In this document: in pieces, positions 9,570 to 20,291 of the stretch
How the letters are laid out: the number at the start of each line of letters is the position of its first letter
How positions within the stretch are numbered: position 1 is the stretch's first letter
Origin: Nitrosopumilus sp.
GTDB lineage: Archaea > Thermoproteota > Nitrososphaeria > Nitrososphaerales > Nitrosopumilaceae
DNA: 64,000 nt
Assembly (NCBI GenBank): GCA_963662625.1
Contig: OY759726.1
Location: forward strand, 672,001 to 736,000
Direction: 5' to 3'
The notes under the pieces: model-generated
Seen by the model: the letters and a program-made list of their open reading frames with translations, nothing else
What the model was told of the DNA's origin: nothing
The model's database searches: none
Program-made: the position numbers and the translations under genes

Positions 9570-12500
9570 CTACGGCGACGCCGCCAGGCCTATCAGCATG
9601 GTGACCGACGAGCCGGGGGCCGGGTCGACTGCCGTGTAGGCGCCTGCCACCCCGGTCACGGGGTCGGCCGGGGCCGTCGCGACATAGCCGGCCGGCGGGT
9701 ACGCCTGCGCCTGCCAGTTGGCCGGCAGCAGGTCCGTCTTCGTGGCCACGCCGTCGTCGCCGGTGGTTATGGCGTCTATCGTGTTGATGGTGTACGAGTA
9801 GATCTGGACCTGCGCCCCCGGGAACGCGGCCTCGCCGGCGTCCCTGATGCCGTTGGCGTTGGCGTCCATGTAGGCGGTCACCGACAGGGACACCCGCTCG
9901 GACTGCGGCACGGGGTAGAAGCCGACGTCGAACGTCTCGACTGCGCGCCTCTCCGGGGTGACGTACGAGTAGAAGGCGTCCGTGCTCAGGGTGTGGCCCG
10001 GCGGGAAGTAGCCCGTCTGGACCAGCGTGAGGCGCGGCGCCGGCGCTATGCTGTCGAAGGCGTACGTGCCGTCGGGGCCGGTCGTGGCGGTCACCGACTG
10101 GCCGGACAGCGCGTCGATGGCGTACATCGTGTAGCCTGCCATGCCGGCCTCGCCGGAGCCCCGCGTGCCGTCGCCGTCGGCGTCCACGAAGACCGTCCCG
10201 GTGACGGTGGCGTAGTTGGACGCCGAGAGCGGCTCCAGCGCAAAGTCGACCGTCTGGGTGGCGCCCGCCGCCACGGTCACCGTCTCGAAGAAGGACTGGC
10301 CCACGGACGGGACGTGCGTGGCCGGCATGGCCACCTGGACTGTCCAGTCGCCGCCCGCCACGTCCGAGAAGGAGTAGTACCCGCCGGCGTTGGACCTGGA
10401 GGTGTACGAGGTGGAGCCGTTGAACAGCGTCACGTCTGCCTCGATGCCCGCCTCGAGCGCGCCCTTCGCGCCGTTGGCGTCGGCGTCGCTGAAGACGGTC
10501 CCCTGCACGGACGGGGTGGACACGGTGCCCAGGTCCTTCCAGGCGCCGCCCTGGACAGCCCAGAGGTTGTAGTTATGGAGCGCCAGGTCGCCGTTGGCGT
10601 CCAGCGCGTTGGGGCCGATGGCGCCGCTGGTCCTGGACGCGGCCACCGCGGGGACGTGCTGGAGCATGTCCGTGCCGGTGGCGCTCTGCGCCCGGTCTAT
10701 GGCCATCCCGGCCACCCAGACGGCGTCGTACGCGGAGTACGCGTAGACCGTCGGATCCCTGCCGAGGTTCTCCCTGACGTGTTCCATCACCTCGACGGTC
10801 TTGTCGGTGCGCTGCTCCTTGAACTGGATGGAGGTCATGCCGGTGGAGGTGGCAAAGGCGAGCGCCGTCGCGTCAATGGTTATCCTTGGGGTATTTGCGT
10901 TTATGCCGGAATCGAACCACGTCAGCGAGGGGAGCGTGTCCGTGGTGCTCGCGGCGGCCGACAGGTTCACGAGTTCGGCCCATCCCAGGAAGAGCACCCC
11001 GACGCCCGAGAGGTCGGCGCGTCCCTGGACTGCCGCCTGCGCGGCGGCCGCCGTGTCCGCAAAGTCCGTCGTGCCCGGCTCGTACGCCACCTGGGCGATC
11101 ACCGAGCCGCCCCTTGCCTGGTATGACGCCGTCACGACGTCGAGGAGCCCGGCGCCCCAGGTGTCGTCCCTGTATATGATTACCAGCGAGTTCTTGCCCG
11201 AGTCCACGATGTGCTGGGCGAGGATCGGCGCGTGCGCGACGCTGGTGGGGCTCATCCGGAAGACGTTGTCGGGCTGTGCCAGTGACTCCGCTGTAGAGCA
11301 GCAGCTCACCAGCACCATCCCGTTGGCGTTGACATAGTCAATGACGTAACTGACGCTGGCGCTTGTCGGGACGCCCAGCACCACGTCTACGCCCTCGGTC
11401 TTGAGGGCCTGCACCTGCGCCAGCGTGGTCGGGCCGTCGATCCTGTTGTCCTGGTACGGGGCCACGAGCGTCCAGTCCCTGCCCTGGTCTGCCAGCCACT
11501 GGTTAAAGTCGGTCACGGCCTTTGCGGAAGTCAGTATGGTCTCCTGACCCTCCGCCTTGAATTCTGGCGCGTCAGAGAGCAGCAGCCCCACCTTGACGTT
11601 GCCGGCAAGCGGGGTTATGCACTGGCTGGTGTACGGGTGCGGCTCCTGCCCCGGCGGGCACTGGCCCGTGGAGACGGCGCTGCCGTCGGTGGTGGACACC
11701 ACCCGGACCCCCTGGTTCATGGAGTCGTCGGCATAGTCCACCGAGAACGTTATGGAGGCGCCCAGCGACGCCGCGTCGGTGAAGGTCCGCGCCGCCGTCC
11801 ACTGGTTGCCCGATGCGTTGGAGGCCTGGACGGTGGAGCCGTTCATGGAGACTATGGGGTCGGAGATCGGCTCGGACGCCGTGAAGCTCAGGGTCACCGT
11901 GTCGCCCACGGTTGCAAAGCCCGGGTCGTCGTTGGACGACGCCAGGCCCACGAACGGCAGCGACGGGGCCTGCCCGTCGGCGGCGGCGACGTTGAGCGGC
12001 CCGGCAAACATGTTGCCGTCGGCGTCCGTGATGCCGGAGCCCACGGTGACTGACGCCGTGGCGTAGGCCGGGACCGCGGCGCCGCCGAAGGTCACCGTGA
12101 CGGAGGAGCCTGCGCTGGCGGCGCCGGTGACGTTCCTGACGCCGCCCGGTATCAGGGTCATGTTGGCAAAGTCAGCCGCGGAAGCCGTCACGGGCTCGGT
12201 GAATGTCACCGTGACGGAGTTGGGCCCGGTCACCGCCGAGGAGACGTGCAGCGGCGAGAGCCCCACGTTGCTGTAAAAGACCGACGAGCCGTCGGTGGTG
12301 GCCGTCGCCCGCGTGCCGTCGTTGCCGTCCATGTCTGAATAGTCGATCGTGAAGGCGAGCCTGCCGTCGGTGTCGCCCTGCTGCATCACCCTGGAGGCGG
12401 TCCACTGGTTGCCCGTCAGGTTGTAGACGCTGTCGGCGGCGTTGCCGTCGATGGTGACCGCCGGGAGCGATATCGCCTCGGACGCCGTGAAGCCCAGGGT

Positions 12501-15500
12501 CACCGTGTCGCCCACGGTGGCCTGCGAGGCGTTTGTCTGGTTGTCGGAGGACATGGTGACGCTGGACAGCGCTGGCGGCTGTCCCGCCTCCGCCCTGTAG
12601 CCCGTGACGGCCACGAACGCGGTGCCGTCGTTGTCCACGATTCCCGTGGTGACGTCCAGCAGGGCGGTCGCCGCCGTGGACACGGCGGGGCCGTCAAACG
12701 TGAGCGTTATGGTGTCCGTGCCGGAGCCCGAGACCGCCGTGACGCTCCTGGGGCCCCCCGGGAATAGCTGCAGGTTGGCAAACGCCGAGGCGCCGGCGGT
12801 GACCCCCTCGGAGAAGGCCACGGTTATCTGGTTCGGGCCCGTGACGGCCGCGGACACCAGGACTGGCACCTGCCCGGCGGCCACCATGTAGCCGGTCTTT
12901 GGCGAAAGGGCGTTTCCTATCAGGTCGGCTATGGAATCCGACACGTCCATCTGGCCGGAGGTCCCCACGGGGGCCTTGGGGCCGTCAAACGTGAGCGTTA
13001 TGGTGTCCGTGCCGGAGCCGGCGGCGCCGGTGACGTTCCTGGGATCGACGGCGTCGCCCACCACCAGACCGGTAAAGTCCGCGGCAGACGCCGTCACGGG
13101 CTCGGAGAATGTCACCGTGACCCGGTCGCTGCCGGTGATCCTGGCGGACAGAAGGGTCGGGTCGCCCATCGCTTCCACCTTTATGCTCCCTGCCTCGAGC
13201 GCGATGTCGGCCAGGTCCTTGACGCCGGTGACGTTGTTGATCACCCCGGTGGTGGACCGGTCCACGTCGTCGCCCGTGAAGAGCAGCTGGTGCGTCGCGG
13301 TCGTGAACTGCCCGCCAGCAGGGTCCCTGTTGTCGTTGGCGCCAAACACCAGGTCGGGGTAGGAGGTCACCGCGTTGGCGGTCACGCCCTCAGAGTACAC
13401 GATCTTTATGGAGTTGGCGTCGGCGAACTCCCCGCGGAGCACCAGCGGGGCCTGCCCGTCGGAGACCGGCACCCCGGCGAACTTGCCCTCCGTCTGGGGG
13501 GTCTTGGTGCCGTCGGCGGAGAATCCCGCAAACGCGTTCTGGCCGCGCGAGGTGTCCGATATGCCGGCCATTATGTCGATCTTGGCGGTGGCGTCGGTCC
13601 CTACCGCGTCGCCGTCGAAGGCCATGGTGTACGTGGAGCCCGATCCGGCGAATCCCGTGATCTTCCTTGCCTCGTCCTCGTAGAGGACGTTGTTGCTGCT
13701 GTCGGTGCCCGCGGCGATCATGAGGCCGTCAAAGTCCGCCAGTTCAGTGGCGACCGGCTCGGTGAACTCCGCCGTCAGCTGGTTGGGGCCGGTGATCGAC
13801 ACCGTCACCCTCGGCGGCTGCCCGTCCTCTACCGCCTTGTCCTGGAGGGGCTTTAGCGTGTTCCGCGGGGAGGCGTTGTCGATCGGGCCCGCTATGTCCA
13901 CGGTCGCGACCGCGTCGGTCCCCACCGGGTCCCCGTCGAAGGTCAGCTCGACCGCGGCGGCGATAGTGGAGACGTTCGTGACGGCCCTCGCCGTGGGGCT
14001 GCCGTCGATCCTCAGGTCGGTGTAGTCGCCCGGAAACGTGCTTACGCTCTCGGAGAACTCCACGGTCAGCTGGTTGGGGCCGGTCACTTTGGCGGAGAGC
14101 ACCGTCGGGATCTGCCCCGCCTTGACGGCGTAGTTGACGTACCCGGGCGGGCTCGGCACCTGGAACGCGTTTCCTGACGTGTCCTCGATTCCGCCGGTGA
14201 CGTTTACCGTCCCGCTGGTGCCGGTTGGCACGCCCGTGCCGCCGAAGGTCAGCTTGATGGAGGCTGACGGCTCACTCGTCACATCGTTGATGTTGCGGAA
14301 GTTGCCGTCGGACAGGCGGAACGCCACGAACGCGGACTTGAGGTCGCCGCCGTCGGGCTCTTTGACCGCTTCGGAGAACTTTGCGGTCACCTGGTTGGGC
14401 CCGGTGATGGAGATCGACTCCAGGGCGGGCGCCTGGCCGTCGCCGACCGGGACGTCCGCGTACTTGCCGGCGACGGGCTCGGTGGCGGCGCCGTCACCGT
14501 CACGGACCACGAACTTGTTGCCCGCCGGCCTGTCGGCCACCTTGCCGGAGATGTCGACGTAGCCGGTCGCGTCGTCGGCGACGGGGTCGCCGTTGAAGGC
14601 CATGGTGTACGTGGAGCCCGATCCCGCGAATCCCGTGATCTTCCTCGCTTCCCCGCCGGTGGTGGGGCCGATCGTGAGGCCGTCAAAGTCCGCCATCCTC
14701 GCGATGACCGGCTCGGTGAACTCCGCCGTCAGCTGGTTGGGGCCGGTGATCGACAGCTCCACCTCCGGCCGCTGCCCGTCGGACACCGGCTGGTTGTCGA
14801 TGTCGACTTTTCCGATGGCGTTGGGGGGAGTCGCGCCGTCTACCACGCTCTTTGAGATGTCTATGGTGGCCGTGGCGCCCGTGCCCACCTTGTCGCCGCC
14901 GAAGGTCAGGGTGTATGTGGCGCTCGGCCCGTTGCCCGGGGATATGCCGCTGAGCGTTCTTGCGGTGGCGCTGCCGTCGATCCGCAGGTCGTTGAAGTCT
15001 CCCTGCACTGCGGTGACGGACTCGGTGAACACCACGGTCACCTGGTCGGGGCCGGTGATCTCTATGGACTTGACCGCCGGCCTCTGCGAGGCGTCCACGG
15101 CGACCCCCGACCTCGCGACGATCGGGTTGCCCTTGGAGTCCAGCACGCCTTTGCCCACGCTGATGGTGCCGGTGCTGTCGGCCGGGGCGCTAGCAAGGGG
15201 CGGGACGTCGTCGTTGGAACCAAAGGTGATGTCGTAGGCGTTTGGAATGGAGGAGTGGGCGGCGGCGCTGGTCAGGGTACTGGCCGTGCGCTGGCCCGTG
15301 ACCAGGAAGTCGGTGATGTTGGTCAGAACGCCGCCGGTGGTGGCGGTGATGGTGCCGCCACCCATGGCCTCGGAGAACGTCACGGTGACTTTGTTGGCTG
15401 TGGTGATACCCGCCGACACCAGGGTGGGCGCCTGGCCGTCGTAGACTGCCACGTCGGTGACCTGGGCGGGGACCGGGTCGCCGGCGAGGAGCGCGTGCAC

Positions 15501-16835
15501 GTTCCCCGCAACGTCGGTCAGCGAGTCCTTGACGGTGACGGTCGCCGTGGCGCCCGTGCCCACCCCGTCGCCGTCAAACGTCAGGGTGAGCGTGTCGGTG
15601 CCGGAGCCGGCGACCGCGGTGATGCTCCTGTCATCCTGGTCGGCGGTGGTGCTGGTGTCGCCGTCGGCGTCTATCACCAGCGCGCCGAACGTGCCCGCGC
15701 CGGCCAGGACCCGCTCCTGGGACTTTATGGTTATCGTGTTGGGGCCCGAGACCACCATGTACTTGTCGTCCGTCTCGGCGCCTTCTGCCGGGTGGTCTGC
15801 GAGAGCCGGCCTCTGGCCGTCGGTCACTATCACGTTCAGCCGCGCGGCCGAGTCGTTCGCAGACGTCGCGTCGTCTGACACCACGCCTACGTTGAGGAGG
15901 CCCGTGGCCGAGACTTTCAACGCGGTGCCGGTCGCCAGCGTTAGCGTGGTGGTGCCGTTAAGATGGGTGGCGCCGTCGTTGGCAAGCGTCACTATCTTGC
16001 CGTCAATCCTGATGTTGGTATAGTCCTCAGCCGTATCGCTCGCGTCGGACAGGGTTTCGGACCATTTCACCTGGATCTTGTCGGTGCCCGTGACCGTGGC
16101 CGACACGACGTACGGGGCCTGGGCATCAATCAAATCCTGCTCGGGGACCGCGGCCAGCTCGTTCGTGGCAAGGTCGGCCACGCCGCCGGAGATGGCTATA
16201 GTCCCACTGGCCCCGGTCGAGGCCGGGGTGCCGTAGAAGGTTATGGTGTGCGTGTCGGTGCCGGAGCCCGAGAGCTTCATGATGTTCCTGGGCAGGTCAG
16301 TGGCGTTCTCGACGCCCTGGTTTATCTCCAGGGTGGTATAGTCGGTAATCTTTGCGACCACCCTCTCGTCGTACTTTACGGTGACCTTGTTCGGGCCGGT
16401 GACCGCGGTACCCGCGGCGACGACGCTGGGCTTGACGCCGTCGGTCGCCACGACGGACTCGTTGGTGTACGTCTCGGTGGCGTCGTCATCCAGGGCCACC
16501 GTGCCGGTGAGCCTCACGGTGGGCGTGGCGTCCGCGTCCAGCGCGTTGCCGGAGGGCAGGACCAGGGTCGCGGTGGCGGCGCCGTCAGAGTGGGTAATTG
16601 AAGCGGGATTCACGCCGTCGACCGTGAAGGCGGCCTGGCTGGAGGTCAGGTCATCCACGTCGGCCGCGAAGGTCACCGTCACCTGCAGGTTCGCGTCGAT
16701 GTTGTCAACGGAACCTCCGGTCTGCGCCCCCTTGAGGATGCTGTCGGGGGCCGTCTGCGCGAAGGACTCGCCTGCCAATGAGAAAGCGGACACCATTGAC
16801 ACCGCGAGTATCGCGAAGAGTACCGTGTTGTTCAT
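9570..16835 (-). CDS. Giant secreted/surface protein (2421 aa): tandem Ig-like repeats, LIV-type solute-binding domain, SdrD-B-like domains
   Basis: Signal peptide MNNTVLFAILAV...SFA; >12 repeats of (S/V)TGPNxxTVxFxExV...GSGTDTITLTFDG; VKVGLLL...GVPTSAS...SCCSTA...YAYSAYDAVW (type I periplasmic binding fold); GTVFxDxxxxGxxxxxExG repeats at the C-terminus. Confidence 0.85.
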   Translation of the reverse strand: MNNTVLFAILAVSMVSAFSLAGESFAQTAPDSILKGAQTGGSVDNIDANLQVTVTFAADVDDLTSSQAAFTVDGVNPASITHSDGAATATLVLPSGNALDADATPTVRLTGTVALDDDATETYTNESVVATDGVKPSVVAAGTAVTGPNKVTVKYDERVVAKITDYTTLEINQGVENATDLPRNIMKLSGSGTDTHTITFYGTPASTGASGTIAISGGVADLATNELAAVPEQDLIDAQAPYVVSATVTGTDKIQVKWSETLSDASDTAEDYTNIRIDGKIVTLANDGATHLNGTTTLTLATGTALKVSATGLLNVGVVSDDATSANDSAARLNVIVTDGQRPALADHPAEGAETDDKYMVVSGPNTITIKSQERVLAGAGTFGALVIDADGDTSTTADQDDRSITAVAGSGTDTLTLTFDGDGVGTGATATVTVKDSLTDVAGNVHALLAGDPVPAQVTDVAVYDGQAPTLVSAGITTANKVTVTFSEAMGGGTITATTGGVLTNITDFLVTGQRTASTLTSAAAHSSIPNAYDITFGSNDDVPPLASAPADSTGTISVGKGVLDSKGNPIVARSGVAVDASQRPAVKSIEITGPDQVTVVFTESVTAVQGDFNDLRIDGSATARTLSGISPGNGPSATYTLTFGGDKVGTGATATIDISKSVVDGATPPNAIGKVDIDNQPVSDGQRPEVELSITGPNQLTAEFTEPVIARMADFDGLTIGPTTGGEARKITGFAGSGSTYTMAFNGDPVADDATGYVDISGKVADRPAGNKFVVRDGDGAATEPVAGKYADVPVGDGQAPALESISITGPNQVTAKFSEAVKEPDGGDLKSAFVAFRLSDGNFRNINDVTSEPSASIKLTFGGTGVPTGTSGTVNVTGGIEDTSGNAFQVPSPPGYVNYAVKAGQIPTVLSAKVTGPNQLTVEFSESVSTFPGDYTDLRIDGSPTARAVTNVSTIAAAVELTFDGDPVGTDAVATVDIAGPIDNASPRNTLKPLQDKAVEDGQPPRVTVSITGPNQLTAEFTEPVATELADFDGLMIAAGTDSSNNVLYEDEARKITGFAGSGSTYTMAFDGDAVGTDATAKIDIMAGISDTSRGQNAFAGFSADGTKTPQTEGKFAGVPVSDGQAPLVLRGEFADANSIKIVYSEGVTANAVTSYPDLVFGANDNRDPAGGQFTTATHQLLFTGDDVDRSTTGVINNVTGVKDLADIALEAGSIKVEAMGDPTLLSARITGSDRVTVTFSEPVTASAADFTGLVVGDAVDPRNVTGAAGSGTDTITLTFDGPKAPVGTSGQMDVSDSIADLIGNALSPKTGYMVAAGQVPVLVSAAVTGPNQITVAFSEGVTAGASAFANLQLFPGGPRSVTAVSGSGTDTITLTFDGPAVSTAATALLDVTTGIVDNDGTAFVAVTGYRAEAGQPPALSSVTMSSDNQTNASQATVGDTVTLGFTASEAISLPAVTIDGNAADSVYNLTGNQWTASRVMQQGDTDGRLAFTIDYSDMDGNDGTRATATTDGSSVFYSNVGLSPLHVSSAVTGPNSVTVTFTEPVTASAADFANMTLIPGGVRNVTGAASAGSSVTVTFGGAAVPAYATASVTVGSGITDADGNMFAGPLNVAAADGQAPSLPFVGLASSNDDPGFATVGDTVTLSFTASEPISDPIVSMNGSTVQASNASGNQWTAARTFTDAASLGASITFSVDYADDSMNQGVRVVSTTDGSAVSTGQCPPGQEPHPYTSQCITPLAGNVKVGLLLSDAPEFKAEGQETILTSAKAVTDFNQWLADQGRDWTLVAPYQDNRIDGPTTLAQVQALKTEGVDVVLGVPTSASVSYVIDYVNANGMVLVSCCSTAESLAQPDNVFRMSPTSVAHAPILAQHIVDSGKNSLVIIYRDDTWGAGLLDVVTASYQARGGSVIAQVAYEPGTTDFADTAAAAQAAVQGRADLSGVGVLFLGWAELVNLSAAASTTDTLPSLTWFDSGINANTPRITIDATALAFATSTGMTSIQFKEQRTDKTVEVMEHVRENLGRDPTVYAYSAYDAVWVAGMAIDRAQSATGTDMLQHVPAVAASRTSGAIGPNALDANGDLALHNYNLWAVQGGAWKDLGTVSTPSVQGTVFSDADANGAKGALEAGIEADVTLFNGSTSYTSRSNAGGYYSFSDVAGGDWTVQVAMPATHVPSVGQSFFETVTVAAGATQTVDFALEPLSASNYATVTGTVFVDADGDGTRGSGEAGMAGYTMYAIDALSGQSVTATTGPDGTYAFDSIAPAPRLTLVQTGYFPPGHTLSTDAFYSYVTPERRAVETFDVGFYPVPQSERVSLSVTAYMDANANGIRDAGEAAFPGAQVQIYSYTINTIDAITTGDDGVATKTDLLPANWQAQAYPPAGYVATAPADPVTGVAGAYTAVDPAPGSSVTMLIGLAASP

Positions 16836-17134
16836 CCTAGATCATGCCCTCCATAGTTCCTATGGGTGGCAGACTCTCAAAAATGCCCTCTGCTGGGGGC
16901 GTGCAACGCTTGCATTCCGCCACGGTACGTGGCACTAGTACATTGAATTCCGCTTTCATGTTAGACTTACGTATGAAAGTGAGTATATAAAAGTGCATTG
17001 AAATCATTTCACACTATTGTCAACGTGTGCCACTCGGGCGGCGGCGCGGGCGGGATCCCACGTCCCGGGCGGCGGCCGGGGGCCGGCGATCGCCGGAGTC
17101 GGGCCGGCGCTCCCCCCGGCGCCGGATCCGGGCC

Positions 17135-17560
17135 CGGCAACCACGTGCGCCCCGGAAGAAGCCGGTTTCAGGTGGCGCCTGCCATAAGCGCGCCAGGAAG
17201 CAAACAAACGGACTGCCGGTACCGGCAAGGAAGCGTGGTCAACGCATCGTCTGTCCGTTCATTTTGGGCGTGACGGGTTCCCTTTTTGGGTACGGCGGCG
17301 GGCGTGGATTCGCCCACGATGCGTGTTTTGGCGGCTCACTGTCGGGCGATTTCATAAGGCGTTGGCTACGCGTGAAGGCTTCCGGGGCGGGGAACCGGCG
17401 CGCGGACGGCGGGGGGCGCTTCGCGGGGGCCGGCCTGCGCAAGGAATTCATGCGGGCGGCAGCGACGGGCCGGGAAGGAGAAGTGGCATGTAACGGGCGG
17501 GCCCGGGCCGGAGGCCGCCAGGATGGGGTTCTCCGCGATGCCGGGGAACGCGAGGCGCGT
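17135..17560 (+). pseudogene. Left end and N-terminal fragment of a second IS110-family element (degenerate)
   Basis: GRFAGAGLRKEFMRAAATGREG resembles a decayed GxDLHKxF RuvC start; upstream ~100 bp is nearly identical to 27750-27850 (minus strand). Confidence 0.55.
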
Positions 17561-17619
17561 CCCGGAGTCCTAGCCGGCGCGGCACGGGACGTGCCGGCTT
17601 CCCGGGAACGGGGCCGGGC

Positions 17620-18900
17620 GTGGCGTGGTTACGGTGTTAAGTATTGGACCACCTGGACTGCCTTGGCCTCCCCGTTGCCAAGCATGGCACGTACCGGCTC
17701 CCGCATCTCCCCCGTGCTGCCGTGCAGGACGTTGGACGTGCCGTGCCCGGTCCCCTCCCGCCGTGCCTCTGCCGGGTTCAGCTCCGGCGCGCGTGGGGGA
17801 AAGTACTCCAGCACCGCGTCGCCCCCGAACCCGGACAGCGCCCCTGCCACCTTCTTGGACTTGTGGGAGCTCGCGTTGTCCACGAGCATCACGAGCTTCC
17901 CGTGCAGGTACGAGAGAAAGTCCGTGAAGCTGTCGCCGCTTGCCTCGTCGCAGGACCTGCGGCCGGACCCGTTCCCGGACAGCGCCCCGAACGGGCAGGG
18001 CCTCTACCTGGGGAGGCTGACCGGCGTGGCGGCCTCCCCGCCCCTCGGGTACCAGCCGTTCCTGGCGTCCCGCCCGATTATGTGGGAGGGCTCGCCCCCG
18101 GCGAGGACGGCGTACCCCGGGGGCGTAGTAACGGCGTTAAGCATTGGACCACCTGGACTGCCTTGGCCTCCCCGTTGCCAAGCATGGCCCGGATCGGTGC
18201 CTGTATCCGCCCCACACAGTAGCGCATGGAGTCTGGCGCGCCGTGCCTGATCCAATTTTAATCACGGATACTGCGTACCCCCTGGCGATGCCAGCCGCTT
18301 TTTTTGAACTCGGCCTTCGCGCTTTCCGAGGCCGGTTTGGGGCGCCTGGGCCTGGGCTTCCTCCACGAGAAGCCCAGCCTCGCCAGTAGGTCGTACATGC
18401 CGCGGTCGCTGTACCGCACGCCGAACCTGTCCTGCACGTGCCGCACGACGAGCGGCGCGGTCCACGCCCCGGACTCCAGGCCGCACCTCCTGGGCCCGGC
18501 CACCAGGTCCGCCCTGAGCTCCCTGAGCTGGGAGGCGTCCAGCCTGCAGGGGGCGCCGGGCGGCGCCGCGTCGTGCCTGCCGGATATGCCGCCGCCCTCC
18601 ACGGCATGCAGGAGCCACCTGTGCACTGTGGCGTACGGCCTGTTGAGCAGCCTGCCCGTCTGGCGTATGGACCGGCCCTCCTTCCTGTGCATGTACGCCA
18701 GGAGCCTGGTGGCCGCCTTGGGGTCCTCCTCATCCCTGTGGCACTGCCGCAGGTATGACATGCGCGTGTTTGGGAGGAACATGCCTCCCGTGGGTATCGA
18801 TGACTTCATGGGGGCGGTGCGGGTTTCCACGTATTGGATCTTTTGGTCAGGGATTGTTGTCCGAGTTGTGATCCAATATCAATCACGGGTACTACGCCCC
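17620..18900 (-). mobile_element. IS630-family remnants (two partial copies)
   Basis: ORF A 18258-18830 with HTH and WTAPLV...GVRYS...LGFSWRKPRP...EFKK (A-run); DDE fragment LVDNASSHKS...FPPRAPELNPAE at 17629-17892; 3' end duplicated (17637-17690 vs 18137-18190); inverted repeat GGGGCGTAGTA (18120-18130)/TACTACGCCCC (18890-18900). Confidence 0.8.
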
Positions 18901-19591
18901 CCAACCCTCCGGCGGCGCGGCCCGTCGCCCAGCCGAGGAAGGCGCACGGGGCGGGCGCGGCGGTCCCGGCGGGCCTGCCCCGGGGCGGGCACGCCGCTGC
19001 GTGCCACGTCCCGGGCGGGGAGGCCGCGCGGGAGAGGCGGCTGGCCGGGCACCGGGCAAGGACGGCGCGGGAGAGGACGCGCTCCAAGAACCCGGCGCGC
19101 GGGATGCCCCCGCGAGGGCGGGCCGGGATCCCCGGGGCGCCGTTCTCGCGTGCGTGCGTGCGGGAGCTGCGCGGGCCGGGGGGCAGGGGGGCGTGGCGGG
19201 CGCCCCGGGACCGCCGGGTTCCCGGACGGGGGCGCCGCCGACTGCGACGCCGGGATCAATGCTGCGGCGGACGGGAACGCCCGGCTCCCCGCCGCGGTTA
19301 CCGGGGCGGCCGGGCGGGGTCCCCGGTGGCGGGGCCCGCGGGCGGCGTGCCTGGCGCGGGCCCCTGCCCGGTCTCTGCAAGGCCGTGCGGCGATCCCTCG
19401 CGCGCGGGATCGCGCGCGGCGCGTTCAATGCGCGCGGGAAGGGCGCTGGGGCCGCGGCCAAGGCGCGCCTTGGCCGGGATCGATCCCGCCTGCTTGCGCC
19501 CGGCTCCGCGGTGCTGGGCTTTGCGTTGACCTCTAGTCAGCTGGCCGGCAAGGAACCCACGTTTAACTCTGGAAGTGGCCCGGTATGGGTG

Positions 19592-20155
19592 ATGGGCAAA
19601 AAACGCCACGGTGAGATCATGCGGGTTTTGGGCGCCGAATGCGGATTTGCCGCGGCCATGAGCAGCGGCTTTGCCATGTTCGCGATCATGCTTTCGCTGA
19701 CCATATCTTACTATCAGATTGACGTGTGGGCCCTGACGGCAATCATGATCGGGGTATCGTTCGCTTGCGTTCTGGCCAGGGTGGGCCTGTTCGCGTCATG
19801 CCCCTCAATCTACAAGCCCAGAGAAGTGATCAGGCCGGTATTAGTCCTGATGGTCTTGCCCGTCATGGGCGGGGGCGCGCTGGGGATAGCGGCAGGCTAT
19901 TGGTACAACTACCACCCCGGAAACGCATTGTGCGAAAAGGTGGAAGGTGCAGGATCGGATCCGCTCGGCGAGGAATATGTCGAGCTTGGGCCGCCCGGCG
20001 AAAGATTGGCGGGCGGGTGCGCAGACTTTAGGGATGGCGCGCGGCCGTTTCTCAATGCGGTACTAATTCCGGTTTCGATGCTGCTCGCGTTTCCATCGCT
20101 TGCCTCGCGCGGGACTTTGGTGCTGCCAGAAGGCGGCGGCCAGGAATCCGCGTGA
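19592..20155 (+). CDS. Hypothetical multi-pass membrane protein (187 aa)
   Basis: ATG at 19592 downstream of TTTAAC; several hydrophobic segments. Confidence 0.6.
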   Translation: MGKKRHGEIMRVLGAECGFAAAMSSGFAMFAIMLSLTISYYQIDVWALTAIMIGVSFACVLARVGLFASCPSIYKPREVIRPVLVLMVLPVMGGGALGIAAGYWYNYHPGNALCEKVEGAGSDPLGEEYVELGPPGERLAGGCADFRDGARPFLNAVLIPVSMLLAFPSLASRGTLVLPEGGGQESA

Positions 20156-20186
20156 AGGGCGCTGCGCGGTGCCGCCCCTCGGTTTT

Positions 20187-20291
20187 GCGCCTTCTACGGA
20201 GTGTTTTTGCGGTGTGCGCCAGCAGGAGGCGTACCAGTATTCCGTCGCACAGGACTGGCGCCTTCTACGGAGTGTTTTTGCGGTGTGCGCC
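20187..20291. repeat. Two perfect 34-bp direct repeats separated by 37 bp
   Basis: GCGCCTTCTACGGAGTGTTTTTGCGGTGTGCGCC at 20187-20220 and 20258-20291. Confidence 0.85.

Noticed and set aside
17027-19590. Long ORFs across the GC-extreme tract
   Set aside because: Stop-poor because of very high GC; they overlap IS remnants. Only 19592-20155 looks coding.
20187-20291. Calling this, or 43402-43511, a CRISPR array
   Set aside because: Only two repeats, no canonical repeat termini, no cas genes; kept as repeats.
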